Shown here in pieces: positions 39,501 through 52,629 of a stretch of DNA of 64,000 nt. The stretch is from Cystobasidiomycetes sp. EMM_F5. Lineage: Eukaryota. The DNA lies in NCBI GenBank assembly GCA_051047955.1, contig JBPGPT010000007.1:310001-374000 (forward strand), read 5' to 3'. The position numbers and the translations under genes were made by a program. The number at the start of each line of letters is the position of its first letter. Position 1 is the first letter of the stretch. The notes beneath the pieces are model-generated. The model saw nothing but the letters and a program-made list of their open reading frames with translations, did not search any database and had not been told where the DNA came from.

Positions 39501-39892
39501 ACCCGGATAAGGTCGTTGAGGAGAAGACTGATGAAAGACAAGCAGCTATTTACCGATTGAGCGGAGATTACAATGTAAGCAAAATTCCGGCATATAACAC
39601 AGCCCACTGACATGTCCCCCAGCCTCTTCATGTCCAGCCCGATTTCGCAAAAGTCGGCGGATTCCCCGCTCCCATTCTTCACGGCTTGTGCTCTTTTGGA
39701 ATTGCTGGCAAGCACATTCTCACTAGCTACGGACCTTACAAGGACATCAAGACACGCTTCAGTGGAGTCGTCTACCCAGGCGAGACGCTTATTATCGAAA
39801 TGTGGAAGGAAGGCCAGAAGGTTATCTTCCAGGTCAAATGTAAAGAGCGCACGACGTTGGTACTGAGCGCAGCAGCAGCGACTTTGGCGTAA
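36527..39892 (+). CDS. FOX2: Peroxisomal multifunctional beta-oxidation enzyme (2 SDR domains plus hydratase 2)
   Basis: Two TGxGxGxG / NNAGILRD / GNFGQxNYSxAK SDR domains; hydratase motifs LLHGEQY and [14 protein letters not shown]. Confidence 0.96.
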
Positions 39893-40500
39893 AGGGTTTC
39901 ACATCATTCCCTAATCTGTATAGGAGATTACAAGGGTGTTTAGATCAATGTGAAAGTGTCTCAGATAGTGAATTGGAATCTCATATGTTGGTTCTCAGTC
40001 CGTACGGGACGCTTGAGCTTGCAAATGGCTTAGGCATGTGATTACACCAATAGCACAGCTGTTACGGTCATATTGCGCGATATCTGAGTTTACTTGAAAG
40101 TGGCAAAACTGCGGGGCAAAAATTGTTGCAAAGTGTTTTGCAGAAAGCCCAGTCGACTTACTTTCTCGTAAATGATGGAGCCGACATTAACGGCAGAGCG
40201 CTGCGCGTACGACGTCTGCCATGCAGTCTACTGATGATAGGGCTTCATCATGAGAGGCGGGGTTAGCGGAATGATCTCGACATTTGTAAGTACCCGAATG
40301 GAATCCAGTGCATGTCGATTAACCATCATGAATTATAAAACGTATTGAGCTTCGCCTGTCGGATGAAATCGCTACACTTAAACTAGCAAAAAGCCGCGTA
40401 TGTGCTTGTACTGGCGTATTTGGTTTTTTGAATGCGATGACATTTTTCAGGTAAGGCTGTAACAGTTGTCGAGCCACAAGGGCTACGTCGACGTGACCTT

Positions 40501-41962
40501 TCAAGCCGTGGGGGCAAGCGGAACCTATGAAAACATTCCATCAGTCGGAAATCGTTGTAAGATGTCTTCAATGCGAGGAACTGACCAGCGGGAGCAGGAA
40601 ATACGAGCTATCCGGTGTTAAAAGGCCTGTAATTGATGTCCCACATCGTTCACCCGACTGTCAGAATCCTAGCACAGTATTCCAAAAAGCCAAGGCGACC
40701 CACCGGCAAGGGCCACATACCACGCACAAAACGCAGTGATGATACCAAATGCACCGCCTGCGACGCCGACTGTGCTGACTCCAGTAAATGCGTGAGCTGC
40801 CAGTAGAATGAAGGTGATCGTGAGGAAGAAGAAGACGGCAACTAATCCAACGGAGGACCGTAGCGCCGCAATGAGGAAGATGAATGTGACAATAAACCAA
40901 GCGATGAGGTAGAAGCCTAGAGCCTGGTCAAACATGGCAGTATTGCCAGCGTATGCACCGTTTGTTCCAAGTATGCCGCTTCCAGGCCAGAAGATGAGTC
41001 CGAATGAGAACCAGAAGGCTCCGTATGACGAGAATGCCGTCGCACCAAATGTGTTACCAGCTGCAAATTCCCACATGCCTGCCATAAATTGAGCGAGACC
41101 TCTAGAAGCGCCAGACGAGATCAGGGCACATCATGAGAAAATCACACCGCAAAATACGAGGCAATCAGTAAAAGACCGCATATATCGGGCTGTAAAGTCG
41201 GTCGCAACGCACCCGTAGCCAAAGGCCATGCCAATGATGAAATTCGGAATAGTAATTCCTCGAGCACCAGTATTGAAAAAGGATAATATGAAGGTGGTGG
41301 CGGCGAAGCCCATCAATCCGACTGATGCGATGTAATCAGAGACATGCAACAACAACGCCAGCTGTCAGACTTACGAGGGGCGGGATCTACCAAGAAGAAG
41401 AAACTGCTTAGTCAGCAAGATGTCTGTTGTGCCGGCTGCCGGCCTCGCGATATCCGTTCGCCTCGCATGTGACGTAGCGACTTCCTCTTCCGACGGCAGA
41501 AGATGAAGACAACTCACTGGCAAACTTGCGGTGGACTAAGTGGCAGCATCATGTCAGTCGAGCCTTTCGAAGTATTGACCTCTTCCTGTAGCTACTTACA
41601 AACTGGGAAGCCTGGCTGGCTTGGATCCTGCGAAAGTCCGACGTCCGTCAGCGTGCTTCCAGATGATTGTGCTCCTTCAACCGTCAGTGTGAACCAACCA
41701 TTGGATGACCACCGGGTGTGACTGCACAAAGTCCGCTGGTCAGCAACTTGCCCCAAAGACTGTTTAAAAAAGTTCTCACTGTTCCTATTGATGGCTTGAC
41801 CACCCGAATGGACTGGACCTTCGACTGGTGCATGGAAACGTTAAACATCAGCCAAGCGATACGATAAAGTAGATTGGCTGAGCCGTGCGAAAGTCGCCGG
41901 GTACGTCCTGAATACTCACGCTTTACACCATTGTGAGCAGTAACTGTTCCGTTGGCCGCCAT
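40501..41962 (-). CDS. GPR1/FUN34/YaaH (Ady2-like) acetate/ammonia transporter
   Basis: HRKFA|NPAP|LGLMGF signature and AGMWEFAAGNTFGATAFSSYGAFWFS; several microexons of 12-28 nt. Confidence 0.93.
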
Positions 41963-42746
41963 TGCTTCTCTGTCTTGATGTGCTGTAATATGTGGTATTC
42001 GAGGTGTCTGAACGAGTTGAAGCTATTCCAAGGTTGAAAAGCAGGCTGTACCAATTTAGTGCTGCCAGCTGGAGGCGAGCGCGGGCGGGCGGAGTATAGA
42101 TGTGGAGCGAGTGTCGGTGGCAAAGTATGAGATCATTTATTTTTAGAGGCATTTTTGGCTTGCCTATACCGCCGCAAAGACCGGCCACTCGTTAAAAACA
42201 AGCTTAAGTAGAATTGGGCGCAAACTTTTCAACAGTCATTGATGGTGTCTGTTGGAAGTTGAGCTGAAGCTGTGATAACCAGATTCGCAAAAACCGTAGC
42301 CCAGAAATATCGCAAGCTGTGCGTATGTCCTACATTTCAGGCAAAGCCAGATCTGAGTAAAACGTTAGCACTTGCAGAGAAATCCAGTGCATCAGAAGCT
42401 GTATGAGTGGTGGTCTGCCCCTCGAAGGTGGCACCGGCAGCAATATCGAGTAAATGGAATGTGCTCAAGCCTCCTGCATTCAAGAGACGCAAACTGGACG
42501 TGCAGGGGAGAGAAGAGAACTGTGAAGAGTCCTAGGTCAGTGTACGCACTCGTTGGATACGCCATTCTGTCTGGTCCAATGCATCGTGGCGACGCGTTCT
42601 ATGTGTGCGACCACATCACATTCAATTATCGGATGTGCTTGTACCACACGGAGCTTTGCGCAACAACAACGGTCACGCAGTACTCGAAGATCCCGTGAAC
42701 ACATGCAAGAAATTGTTGACTGACTTCACGTCCGTGTTCGTGCCAT

Positions 42747-43543
42747 TTACTTCTTGCACGCAGCCTTGGCAAGATCGGCGAGACCCTCCTTTCGCTTGTA
42801 TCGCGCGTCCTTGAGGATGATTGAATCAGTATAGTCAGTTGGCGCGAAAAGATGTTGACGCTCACCTGGATTGCAGCAGCGTCCGCATCACCACTGAAAG
42901 TTGCGGACCACTCGACAAAAGTGCTGTTCTCGTGCTCGCCGGATGTTACTGGGTACACCCTGATAGTGGAGTAGACGGATGAGAAGGTAAGAGCCGGCTC
43001 GGAGGATACAACTGACAAGGTGTGTGACCACGTCCACGCAACGACCTTTAGCGTGTGGTCGATTTTTACGGAGGCTGGCGAAATACGCACTAGAGTAGGT
43101 AATGTAATGGTGGATAGCGGAATGCTCTTCCTGCTTGAAATCGACGACTGTCTTGTCCTATAGTTTGCGTATCAGGTCGTCGTCAGACAACGACAAACAA
43201 GACAGATCTGCTGAGCGAGCTTGCCTGGAAGGTGACTTTAACGATTGTCGCTTCGTGACTTGCGCCTGGCACTTCCTCGACCTTGCTCACGAGGCTCCAC
43301 CATTTGCCTAGCTGTTTGCGCGATGCGGGTTCAGGCACATCAGTGGAACGATACAAAGCCATGGAAAAGAGCAAGGGCACACCTCGGACAGCTTGATGAG
43401 GTGCCATACTGTCGTTGAAGAAAAAGTAGGCGTAAGCTGTGAATGTGTATATCCACATCACAATCAGACTCACCGGAAGCCAGCGGTGCATTGATGACGC
43501 TGCTTTCGACAATGGATGTCGAAGTGGGGACTGTTGCGCTCAT
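42747..43543 (-). CDS. SRPBCC/Bet v1-like (polyketide cyclase-like) ligand-binding protein
   Basis: MSATVPTSTSIVESSVINAPLAS...DFKQEEHS...VVSSEPALTFSSVYSTIRVYPVTSG...TFVEWSATFSGDADA. Confidence 0.8.
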
Positions 43544-43698
43544 TGTTTGTTCCGATATCGTATTAATAACTTGTCTTCTGTTGTTGCAGGCTTAGCCGTG
43601 TTGGAGCAAATCCAGCATGTCGGTCATTGCGTTCAGCTTCTCACCATTCAAACTAATCATACACGATACTAATTGAATGCGCTAACTCGATTTTCCAC

Positions 43699-44689
43699 AT
43701 GCCTGACGTGCCCTCTTTCGGGTAAGCTAACGATATCCGCATCAATCGATGATTTGATTGACCATTTGCACACACTCCGCTTCAGGACCTATGTGACCGT
43801 TATTGATCTGCCAGGCCGTAACAAAGGGTGTGTGGCCTGCAGGGACATTCAAGCTGGTACTACTATATACGACGAGCCTCCACTTCTCTCCATATCAAAA
43901 CGCAATGAGACGCGCAAAGCTATTGCGGAGGCCGTCCATGCCTTGTCTAACGATGACAGGCAAAAGTACAAATCTCTTTGCAACGCATTCCCTGCTTACG
44001 ATGAAGATGAGGGGTATGGCGTATTCCGGACAAACAGCATCTTGATGGGAGAAAGTGGTAGAGCTGGTGTCTTCCACAAAATCAGCAGAATCAACTCATC
44101 CTGTCGGCCCAACTGCATAGCTAGCTGGAATAGCAGCCGTGGTACACTTCGCATCCGTTCATGCGTAAAGATTCGCTTGGGCGACGAGATCACATTCTGT
44201 TACATCTGGCCGCTTGCAAATACCGCAATGCGCAGGGCGGAATTAATGGAGCGGTATCGCTTCCTGTGCAAGTGTTCAGCCTGTCAAGCAGACCCTGGTA
44301 TTCAATTGCAAAGCGACCAGCGGCGACAGCGCCTTGAAGAAATTGGACACGAGTTGCAATCAGCGATACCTCTTGACATTGTCGCCATTGTGAGTAACAT
44401 CAGCGTGCTTCCAAGCATATCAGCTAACCTCCACGCGGCGTAATGTTCGGTCTCACCTCTTCCGCAGAGTGAAGAAGCGCTAGCTTTGATGCAAGCAGAA
44501 CAAATCTACGGTCCACGCTATCTCTTCAGTCAAAAGGCTTACTACGCATCCATAGCGGTAGGAGATGAAGAGACAATCTCCCAATGGTCCAAGCATGTGA
44601 GTGACCAGGCTACACTAGCCTTTGGTGAGGATGATGCTAGAACCTGTGAAGCGCTCGAGCTTGCCAAATTTCACAATAATTCGCTGTGA
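43699..44689 (+). CDS. SET-domain protein (SMYD/Set5-like)
   Basis: KGCVACRDIQAGTTIYDEPPL, VFRTNS, ISRINSSCRPN, EITFCY, FLCKCSAC post-SET. Confidence 0.85.
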
Positions 44690-44819
44690 TTGCCCTGATT
44701 TACAGGCCCATTGCCCTTTTATTCGCAATCTACCCTACATACTGCTGGTTTGCACATTATTGCTTTGCGATCGACGAATGTACCCGCACCACGCCTGCTA
44801 CTCTAGCACAAGGTACGGC

Positions 44820-47101
44820 CTACTGTCTCGTCTGCGCAACGACGGCTGCAGATAGCCAGTACGAGCATCGGTTGAATTCTGCAGCATCTGTCAATTCCAT
44901 TGCAGAATTTGTGAGCTGAGTCTGCGCCGCATTGTTCAAGGCCATCGACAGAACCATCCGCGGTTCGTAGAGATCTGAGATGCTGGCTTGTTGCCAGGTT
45001 CGGCTAGTATTGAGCTTCTCTGCGTTCGGACTGCGAAATTGTAGATGAGCCGTACAACTACACATCAGGCAGTATTGATTGCACGTACTCTCCCTTCCTG
45101 ATGAAGCTTGCCACATATGCACGCCATTCCAGCGCTAGGTTGACCATCGTTTGGTTGTTGAAGGTAGAGGTAGCGTTTTGAAGGTAGAAATTATCCGAAC
45201 TGTGCGTCGTACCTGAGAAAGCAATGGCATAAGGCTAAGTACCGTCTACTGAGACCACGCTATGCTGTCTTACCCATATATGCTGGATAGCCTGGTTGTG
45301 GTGCATTGAAACGCGCTTGAAAGGTTGGCAATCCTGCAGCGCTGTATGCGCGGGCGACCATAGGAGCTGCACACTTGGCGAGAGAATCATCGTTGAAACT
45401 CCAAAGTCTGCAGCACAGCATGTATATCAGTCTTTGTATGTTGAGGAAAATTTGCTGTCCCATCTACCTGTGCAGATCATCAGAATACGTGCCAGTATCG
45501 TAAGATCCGTTGACTATTGGAGCAGGATACATTGCCAACATCGAGTTGTAGAGGCTTGTGTTCGCAAGCGCTCCAAGAGTGGAATTGACGCTGGCATTGA
45601 ACGCAGGAAGAGTGGCTGGAGTGAAGCGGGCAAATTCATTTGTCACTGCGACCGCTGAGAGTTGCATTTCTATCGTCAGTAGCTGCATTTTAGACCGCGG
45701 CCGAGTCCACACTTACGCATGACTGGAACTTTAGCAATTTTGCCTTGTCTATAGAGGGTGGAAGGAGTGTCAAAGAGAGTGATGCCATCGATGGACGGCA
45801 GCCAACCAGGCCAAGCGTATCCTCGAGCGTCCCGGGTGGATGAGAAATTCAACGCAGCCAAGCGAATAGCCTCTGCACTGACGTTACGCATGCAGCTGAG
45901 CTGAGACGCCGCTCCGGCAGCAGTGCTGCTGTCGGATGTGCAATTGAGGGCTCTTGCAAAAGCATCGTTGCGCGTCTATTGTGGCGTCATCAACTTTAGG
46001 TACAAATGATCATTCAAGCTGCACAGATAGCTCACTTTGACGTAGTCGACAGTAAAGGTATTGAACTGCTGGATCGAGCGTGGCATAGCTTTCGAGAAGG
46101 GTGGATTCGTTCCGTTGTAGAGAACAAGCTGTACTTTTTTCGTTAGCGTCTGCATCGGTACCCAACAACACCGCAGCGAGCTCGCCTGAGTCATAATGTT
46201 ACCGCCCCCGCCGCTCTGCCCTGCAATTGTGATGGCATTGCCATCTCCACCGAATCTTCGAAGTTAAAGGTCTCCAGTCAGCTTCTGTACGCAATCTGTG
46301 CGAAGAAGAACGCTTACTTGGAGATGTACTTCTGCACCCACTGCATAGCGAAACGCGAGTCGAGAAGTCCTACATTTGCTGGTTCTCCCTCCTGAATGGC
46401 GCCGATATGATTGAAGAATCCGAGTTGACCAAGGCGGTAATTGGCATTCACTGCTATGAACTTCTGGTTCTGCCCAACCCAGTCGTCGAAAGGGTTGTTT
46501 GGAGATTGGGAGTTCTGCATCCCTCCTCCGTGAGAGTACACCTGTACCGGGAGGTTGTCGCCTTCCTTAGCTCCAGCTGGCGCCCATATCCAGAGCTGGA
46601 ATCGTCCATAGAATGTAGCGATTAGCTCAGATCTACGTGATCGTTCCCCAATGCTCTCTAATCTCTTTCAGAGCTCACCTTGAGGCAATCTTCTACTCCT
46701 GGACCCGCATTGACTCCGACAAAGGCGGTTGTCCCGAATTGGACACAGGCAGTCTGTTGTCCATCGAAATCTCGAGAGACATCTTGAACGCTGGAGTTCT
46801 GCGCAGCGAGCGCGCGAGGTGCCTTGTATCGCAAGTTGCCGATTGGCGGAGCAGCATACGGGATTGCTGGAAGCGAATGATGAGCTTATTCTCGATAATA
46901 CCTACCACAGGATTGGAGATTACCTTTCCAGGTATTTACTTTACCGTCGGAAGAGACGGAGCCAAGCCATTTACCTCCAGCGCCCAAGTCAACAATGGGT
47001 CCAGAAGCGGACGTGTTGTTGGTGGCTTGCCTGGAAGACAAGCTTGGAGCAGCGTGTGATGAGACTATGGCCGTTGCCGCAAAAAGTACCGAGGCTTTCA
47101 T
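44820..47101 (-). CDS. Secreted type-B carboxylesterase/lipase
   Basis: Signal peptide MKASVLFAATAIVSSHAAP; EDCL, HGGG, NYRLGQLGF, NVGLLDSRFAMQWVQKYI, FGGD...IAGQSGGG nucleophile. Confidence 0.9.
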
Positions 47102-47774
47102 ATGCATGTTGGCAAAGTCCGTGGAAGAAAGCGGTAAGGTCTCGGGGTGAGATTCGAGTAAAACAAGTAAACCCTGAGGATATGGAAGAGGAAGAACGCA
47201 GATGGGAGTGTGCTGTTCACATTGTATGTCGTGCTTGTTGGTTCGTGTAGGGTGTGGATGATGTATTCTACGCGTTGTCGCATCTCGGACCTTTTACGGC
47301 CATTTTTCTTCAAGTGGGGCGCCGATTCCTGCGTAGACCGTGACAAGGGCACATGTCCTTCGGCGGCCGGAGGCTCCGCATTGGTCGTATTGAGCCAATT
47401 GACCGAGAAAGTAAGGGCTACCTGCGGCTAGTCACCGAAGACGGGAATTTAATTTCAGCGCGACTAGTCGCTGTTTGTCAGAAATGATGACTGCGATTGG
47501 CCGCTCTTGTTCATCCTTGCGACGTCCAGCTCAGAATATTCTCCCACGCTCCCTCGACCGCATGATGATCATTGAAGGCAAGCGTAGAAGCCCCTCGTTC
47601 AGTGAGAGAGGTCCGGCGACATTTCGGAGAACAGGGATCCCGCAGCTCGCACTCAAGCCCTTCCAAACGGCAGCCGAAAAGTGCATTGAGTAACAACGAA
47701 TGGCATACTTCGTCACTACTGAGAGCCTCTCTTTACTATTACTAAGACTTAATCAGTCAACTATAGCTACGACA

Positions 47775-49846
47775 TTACACAAGGATAATCGAGCTTGCTC
47801 CGCTTGATCCGGCCAGTGTCTGGTCGCTGTCAGATGTGCTGTTAGACCGTGCGACACTTGGTCGCTTACTCGAACGACGAGGAAGTTTGACATTGTCGAG
47901 AAGTTTGAGGAATTGACCACGATTGACACGCGTTGATGCGGCAAGCGGCTCTTGCGGTGGTACCGCGGATGTCATGGCTCGTGCGAACGCATAAAAAGCA
48001 TACACATCCTCAAAAGTACTCGGTAGACCGAGAGATACGCGAATGACACCGTACTTGGTGATGCTTGATCCATCGCCAACTTCCTCGTCACTCATTCGTT
48101 GAAGCCTCCATTGACCATCGGGCATTGTGACTGTAGCCTTAGCCTCGGGTCTAGATAAAGGATCCTCAGCAGTTTGGGACAAAGACGGCGCCCAAATCCA
48201 ATCGTGCCGAGCGAGTTCGTCAGGTGTTGATCCAGTCCAGTCATCTGTTCCAGGATTGGCTGCCCGCGCACTGCTGTTACACATGCGACCTTTTCTAATC
48301 TCCAAAGACGATCGCAGTGCCAGTGCTTCTGATTCTCTGCTTGACAACTTCTTGCCAGTGGAGGTGTAGAAGACCATAGATATAGTGGAACCGTGCATCT
48401 TTTGTAAGTGATGCATGTCCGAAGAAGGAAAACCAACAATACGCAGTAGAGGATGACCTGTTTGCGAATGTCGAAGAGGTGTGAGATGTTCAATCAACCA
48501 AGACAGTAAGAGCTTGGTGCGTTGCGCTATGAGAGGGCGAGGCAACGCCAGCAGCTTTGCAAGGCTGAAATAAAGGGCGGGGAAGGAGCGGAAATTGATG
48601 GTGCCATCTTCAAGCGCGGCATAGCCCATTGGATGAAGAATGTGTGCGCCTGTAGAATCATTAGATATTGTTGCTACGGTGCCTCCCGCAAAGTAGTTTT
48701 TCCGCAAGCATGATAAAGCTCTGCACGGTCGTCAGCGATGCGACGATGCTGTATCACAAATGACTCACGACTGTTTGATGATGAGGCTACCAAGCCCTGT
48801 CGGATGTCCAACTATTTTGTACCAACTAACGGGAACGAAATCAATAAAATCGTGAGCGGCCAGATCGAGTACGGTAGTGGGAACGTAGCAGGCTGCATCA
48901 AGCAGAGTGTGCCATCCGTGCTCCTTTGCGCTCTTGAGCAATCTAAGTGGATGTACTACACCTGACAGGTTGGACTGTGCGGTGAAAAGCACAAGCCCAC
49001 GCTCATCAGGAGCCAGGGTATTGATCTCGGACTGAAGACGTCAAACAAATGAAGGATGCACGTCAGTAGCTGTCTGAACCATGCTCATGACGCTTCCTAC
49101 CATAAAGATCGCTTCGTCTACCCGCAAGGTGATGATGTCTATGGGAATGAAGGTGACCGTCACGAGATCCCTAAGTCCTTCCTCGTCGACGACCGTTCGA
49201 ATGCCGTTTACCGAGTTGTGCACGTCGTCGAGGATAATTACGCGCGTACGTACACGCAAATGGCGAACGTCCTCAAAGTAGAGTTGCCTGAGCATGCTGA
49301 CGGCACTGGATGTGCCAGCGGTCCAAACGCACTCATGCGATGCCGAAGTGACGTTGAAGAAGCTCAAGACAGATGTGCGAGCAAGTTCGACATATTTCGA
49401 CGATAGCATCGAGCTGTAAATTAGCTTCATGGTCAGCTACGTGCATTTACGACCAGACAAAACGTAATTTACGATGGAGAGCAGCTGTGCGGGTTCCCGA
49501 AGACGGAGGTAGCAAAGAGCTGGTATTCCTTCTTGAGTACAGTATGCATGGGTAGTCCAGCGCCTCCGAAATCTAGATACACGCTCTTGCTAGCCTCATC
49601 CTTGCCACTACGATTTTTCGTGTTTGATGGCAGTCGGTAGTTTGTAGCGATGAAGTCGGAAATAGGCGTGCATTGGCGGTATTCGGGTCTCGTCACAAAC
49701 GCCTGTTTTGCTCGCGACATGGACATGTCGCCGGTGCGCCGGCTCGCCTCCTTTGATGTCGCATCGTAAACGATGTCAGACGCCGCCGGAATGGTGAAGG
49801 TTGGGTGTGTGCGCATTTGCATTGATGATCCGTCGTTGGCAGACAT
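47775..49846 (-). CDS. PLP-dependent class-V (NifS-like) protein resembling the molybdenum cofactor sulfurase N-domain, without MOSC
   Basis: VYLDFGGAGLP, FGNPHS, HNSVNGIR, AQSNLSG, LLDAACY, SWYKIVGHPTGLGSL, FAGGTV, EDGTINF. Confidence 0.82.
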
Positions 49847-51180
49847 GTTTTGCGTATGTGTTAGAGGACCAGAATACGTCGTCTGTGTCTTTGATTGTTT
49901 ATGTACCTCGCCCACTTTTTTGCTTCCGGTAGGCAGTGTTAAGGCAAGGATGCAGGCCGCATCGAGCAACCTGTGCGGTACGCACTCACACTCGCTTAGG
50001 CTTGCAAAAGACTCGGGCGAGTTGGCCTGCATTTCAGCTGTGCATGACCTCTCGCTACGCCCGTCAACATCGCCCTCAAGCCGTGGAGGTTATTTGGATC
50101 AGTCGGCTGACCTCGCTACACGGTCATGCCCCTTCAGGCATAAGCCGCATCATACCGAAACGAGCCAGTTGATTATACAAGGGCCACGATAGTGTATCGT
50201 CAGAGTTCGCAGCCATTAGTCATTGCGTTTATTGCCTCAGCTTTTCCGCTCAACTACAGAAGCGCAGGGCGTGCTCTGTTTATCGATTTCCTCGAGTTGA
50301 GATTCATGAGCTGCTCGGAGACCACTCTCGGTAATCTTATCAACGTGCTTGTAGCCATCGGGAGAGCTATTGCCTTTGTTCTACTAGGTTCGCTCAGCGT
50401 TAACGGCACTTCGATAAGAAGCCATGAAATAGGCGACAGCCGGATTGCAGTTTCATCGTCGACTGCACATTCGCGCACGACGAGTATGCAACGAACAGCA
50501 AGTGTGTAGTCGTTTCCGCCGGGCAAGTCCGACAGTCGTTGCGAGCTTTTCTGAAATGAAGGTGAAGCTTCATCATCGGGGAAGCGTTAGCAGTTCGATG
50601 TCGGCGATGGCGAACCAGCTCTAGCACAGTCCAATTGCGCTATTCTCCGGTCCATTGCAGTTCGCACTGTCTGCCCCACGTGAAGTCGATGCTGAGCCTG
50701 CCCTTCAGTCTTTGAAGTCGAAAGATGACATTGGCGATTATTCGTACATGGCCGTGAAGACTAGAGCGAGCAGAGCAAAGCCGTGAAGCAATGTCTGCAG
50801 ACCAAAACAGTCTTCTGGAGCACGCTGTATGGCGCCATAGGATGGTCATGCGGACCGTTAACGGCTCCAAAGCAGACATGGATGAAAGCGAGAAACACCT
50901 CCTCGATTTTAGTACCCATTCAGCAGACACAAGTAGCTAGTAATACAACGACTGAAAGGATCCGAAAGGTTTGAAACGAGAGCAAAGGATGAGTTTCCAG
51001 AAAAGATAGATTTTGCGGAGAATGTCTAGGTTTGTTGGTAAATCTGATTGTTGATATGCGATTGAGCCATATCACAACTTTGCGGATGCGGAGAACAGAG
51101 CTTGTTGAGCTTGATGACTTTGTTACATTGATCTAGCTGATCTAGAGGTCTACTGTCTTGAACATTGTGTTTCGCCGTTC

Positions 51181-52006
51181 TCACAGCTGCGAAGTGTGTT
51201 TGAAGTTCATCTGCTGAAGCGTCAATTGTAGCGCTTGCAGTTCCTTTTCGGTAAGGTTACCCATCCCAGATAGCGCATCTCTCTGACCTTCCACTGCAAC
51301 AGTGCGGAAACGTCAGCTCAGACGGTGAAGCTCGATTGTTTGTCTCACTTACGTTCGCGTTCCACGTCTTGCTTTTCACGCGCCTCCTCTACCAGGACTT
51401 TCACCTGGTCTTGGAGGCTTCCGATAAGCTTCTCTGCTGCCTGTATCTTACGCTTGCGTCACGGCAACGGCGGAAACACCGAGAGGCGGTGACCGAAACG
51501 AGTCAGCAGTTCTGGGGCAAAACAGCGCTTGGCGCACTTACCTTCCAGATGGCGATGTCATGCTGGCGGGCGTTGATCTCTGTCTGCCGCGCTATAATCT
51601 CGTCAGTCGTACTAGCAGTATCGCTGCTAGCCTTTTGCAATGCCTGATCAAACAGCGGGTTGACGGCGGCTTCCGGGGATCTGAGTGGACTCTTCTGCAT
51701 AGAATGGCATTCGCAGACCAAGGAGACAAATCAGCATAGGTAGCAGTGACATTGTCCATCCTGCGCTCGAGACATACTCACACTTCGACCGTTGTAGAAA
51801 CTGTGTGCTCGAGTTCGCTTAGTTTCTTCTCGAGGACTGCGAGGACATCCACGGGTGGTGATGCCGGGTGAAAGTGCGATGGGACTGCGCTGTGGCGCGG
51901 TTAGAATGCTGGATGCCGTCGACTTGCTCGAAAAGACCGAAGATACCGTCGACGTCGCCGAGCTCGTAGTCGATAAGGTGCTGAGGGGAGAGGGAATGTA
52001 CGGCAT
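51181..52006 (-). CDS. Hypothetical protein with Ser/Thr-rich N-terminus and C-terminal coiled coil
   Basis: MPYIPSPLSTLSTTSS...; spliced exons give EIIARQTEINARQHDIAIWK|IQAAEKLIGSLQDQVKVLVEEA...KELQALQLTLQQM. Confidence 0.6.
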
Positions 52007-52629
52007 GACGACAAAGTAGGCCCAGTGTCCCTATCAAGCAGCTCACTGGCACGTCTCGATTGTGCGCAGTCTGTACGAGCGAGCAGCGTTACCTCACCAG
52101 CTTTGGCTTGCAAGCCACAAGATTGGTCAACCTCAAAATCGCGAGTTCTGTTAGAGCTAGTTAGAGAGCATCAAGCCACCGTCAACGCCTTCATCAGCTA
52201 AAGCGGACGCTGCGGGCTCCCGATGTACACATGCTATACCGCATGGCGGTGTTGGCACTGCTTCCAGTTTCTGAGGAGTGCTAGCCGAAAAAAAGCTGGT
52301 AAGAAGAACATGTTCGAGCCGAGTACCATCTTGTAGTCAGTAACGTAATTGAAGTGTTGCAGTACTGCATTACTAGTCTCGGAATCTTGCTCGGCTTGTA
52401 CAATTTTGCCACATAGGACCGGGCTACGCACGTATGCTGGCTGTCAGTCCCCTTGAAGTCCGACGTCCGATCAGTCAGTGAGTGGTAAGTACGCAAGACC
52501 ATAGCGTAATTATTGCGACCTGATCCTTAGTGTACAACTACCTTTTCGAGTATCTATGATTTACTGATCACGGCAGAAAGAAACAATACTGCCCCCGGGA
52601 GGTGATTGTAGAATGATGAAGCTCGTTGT

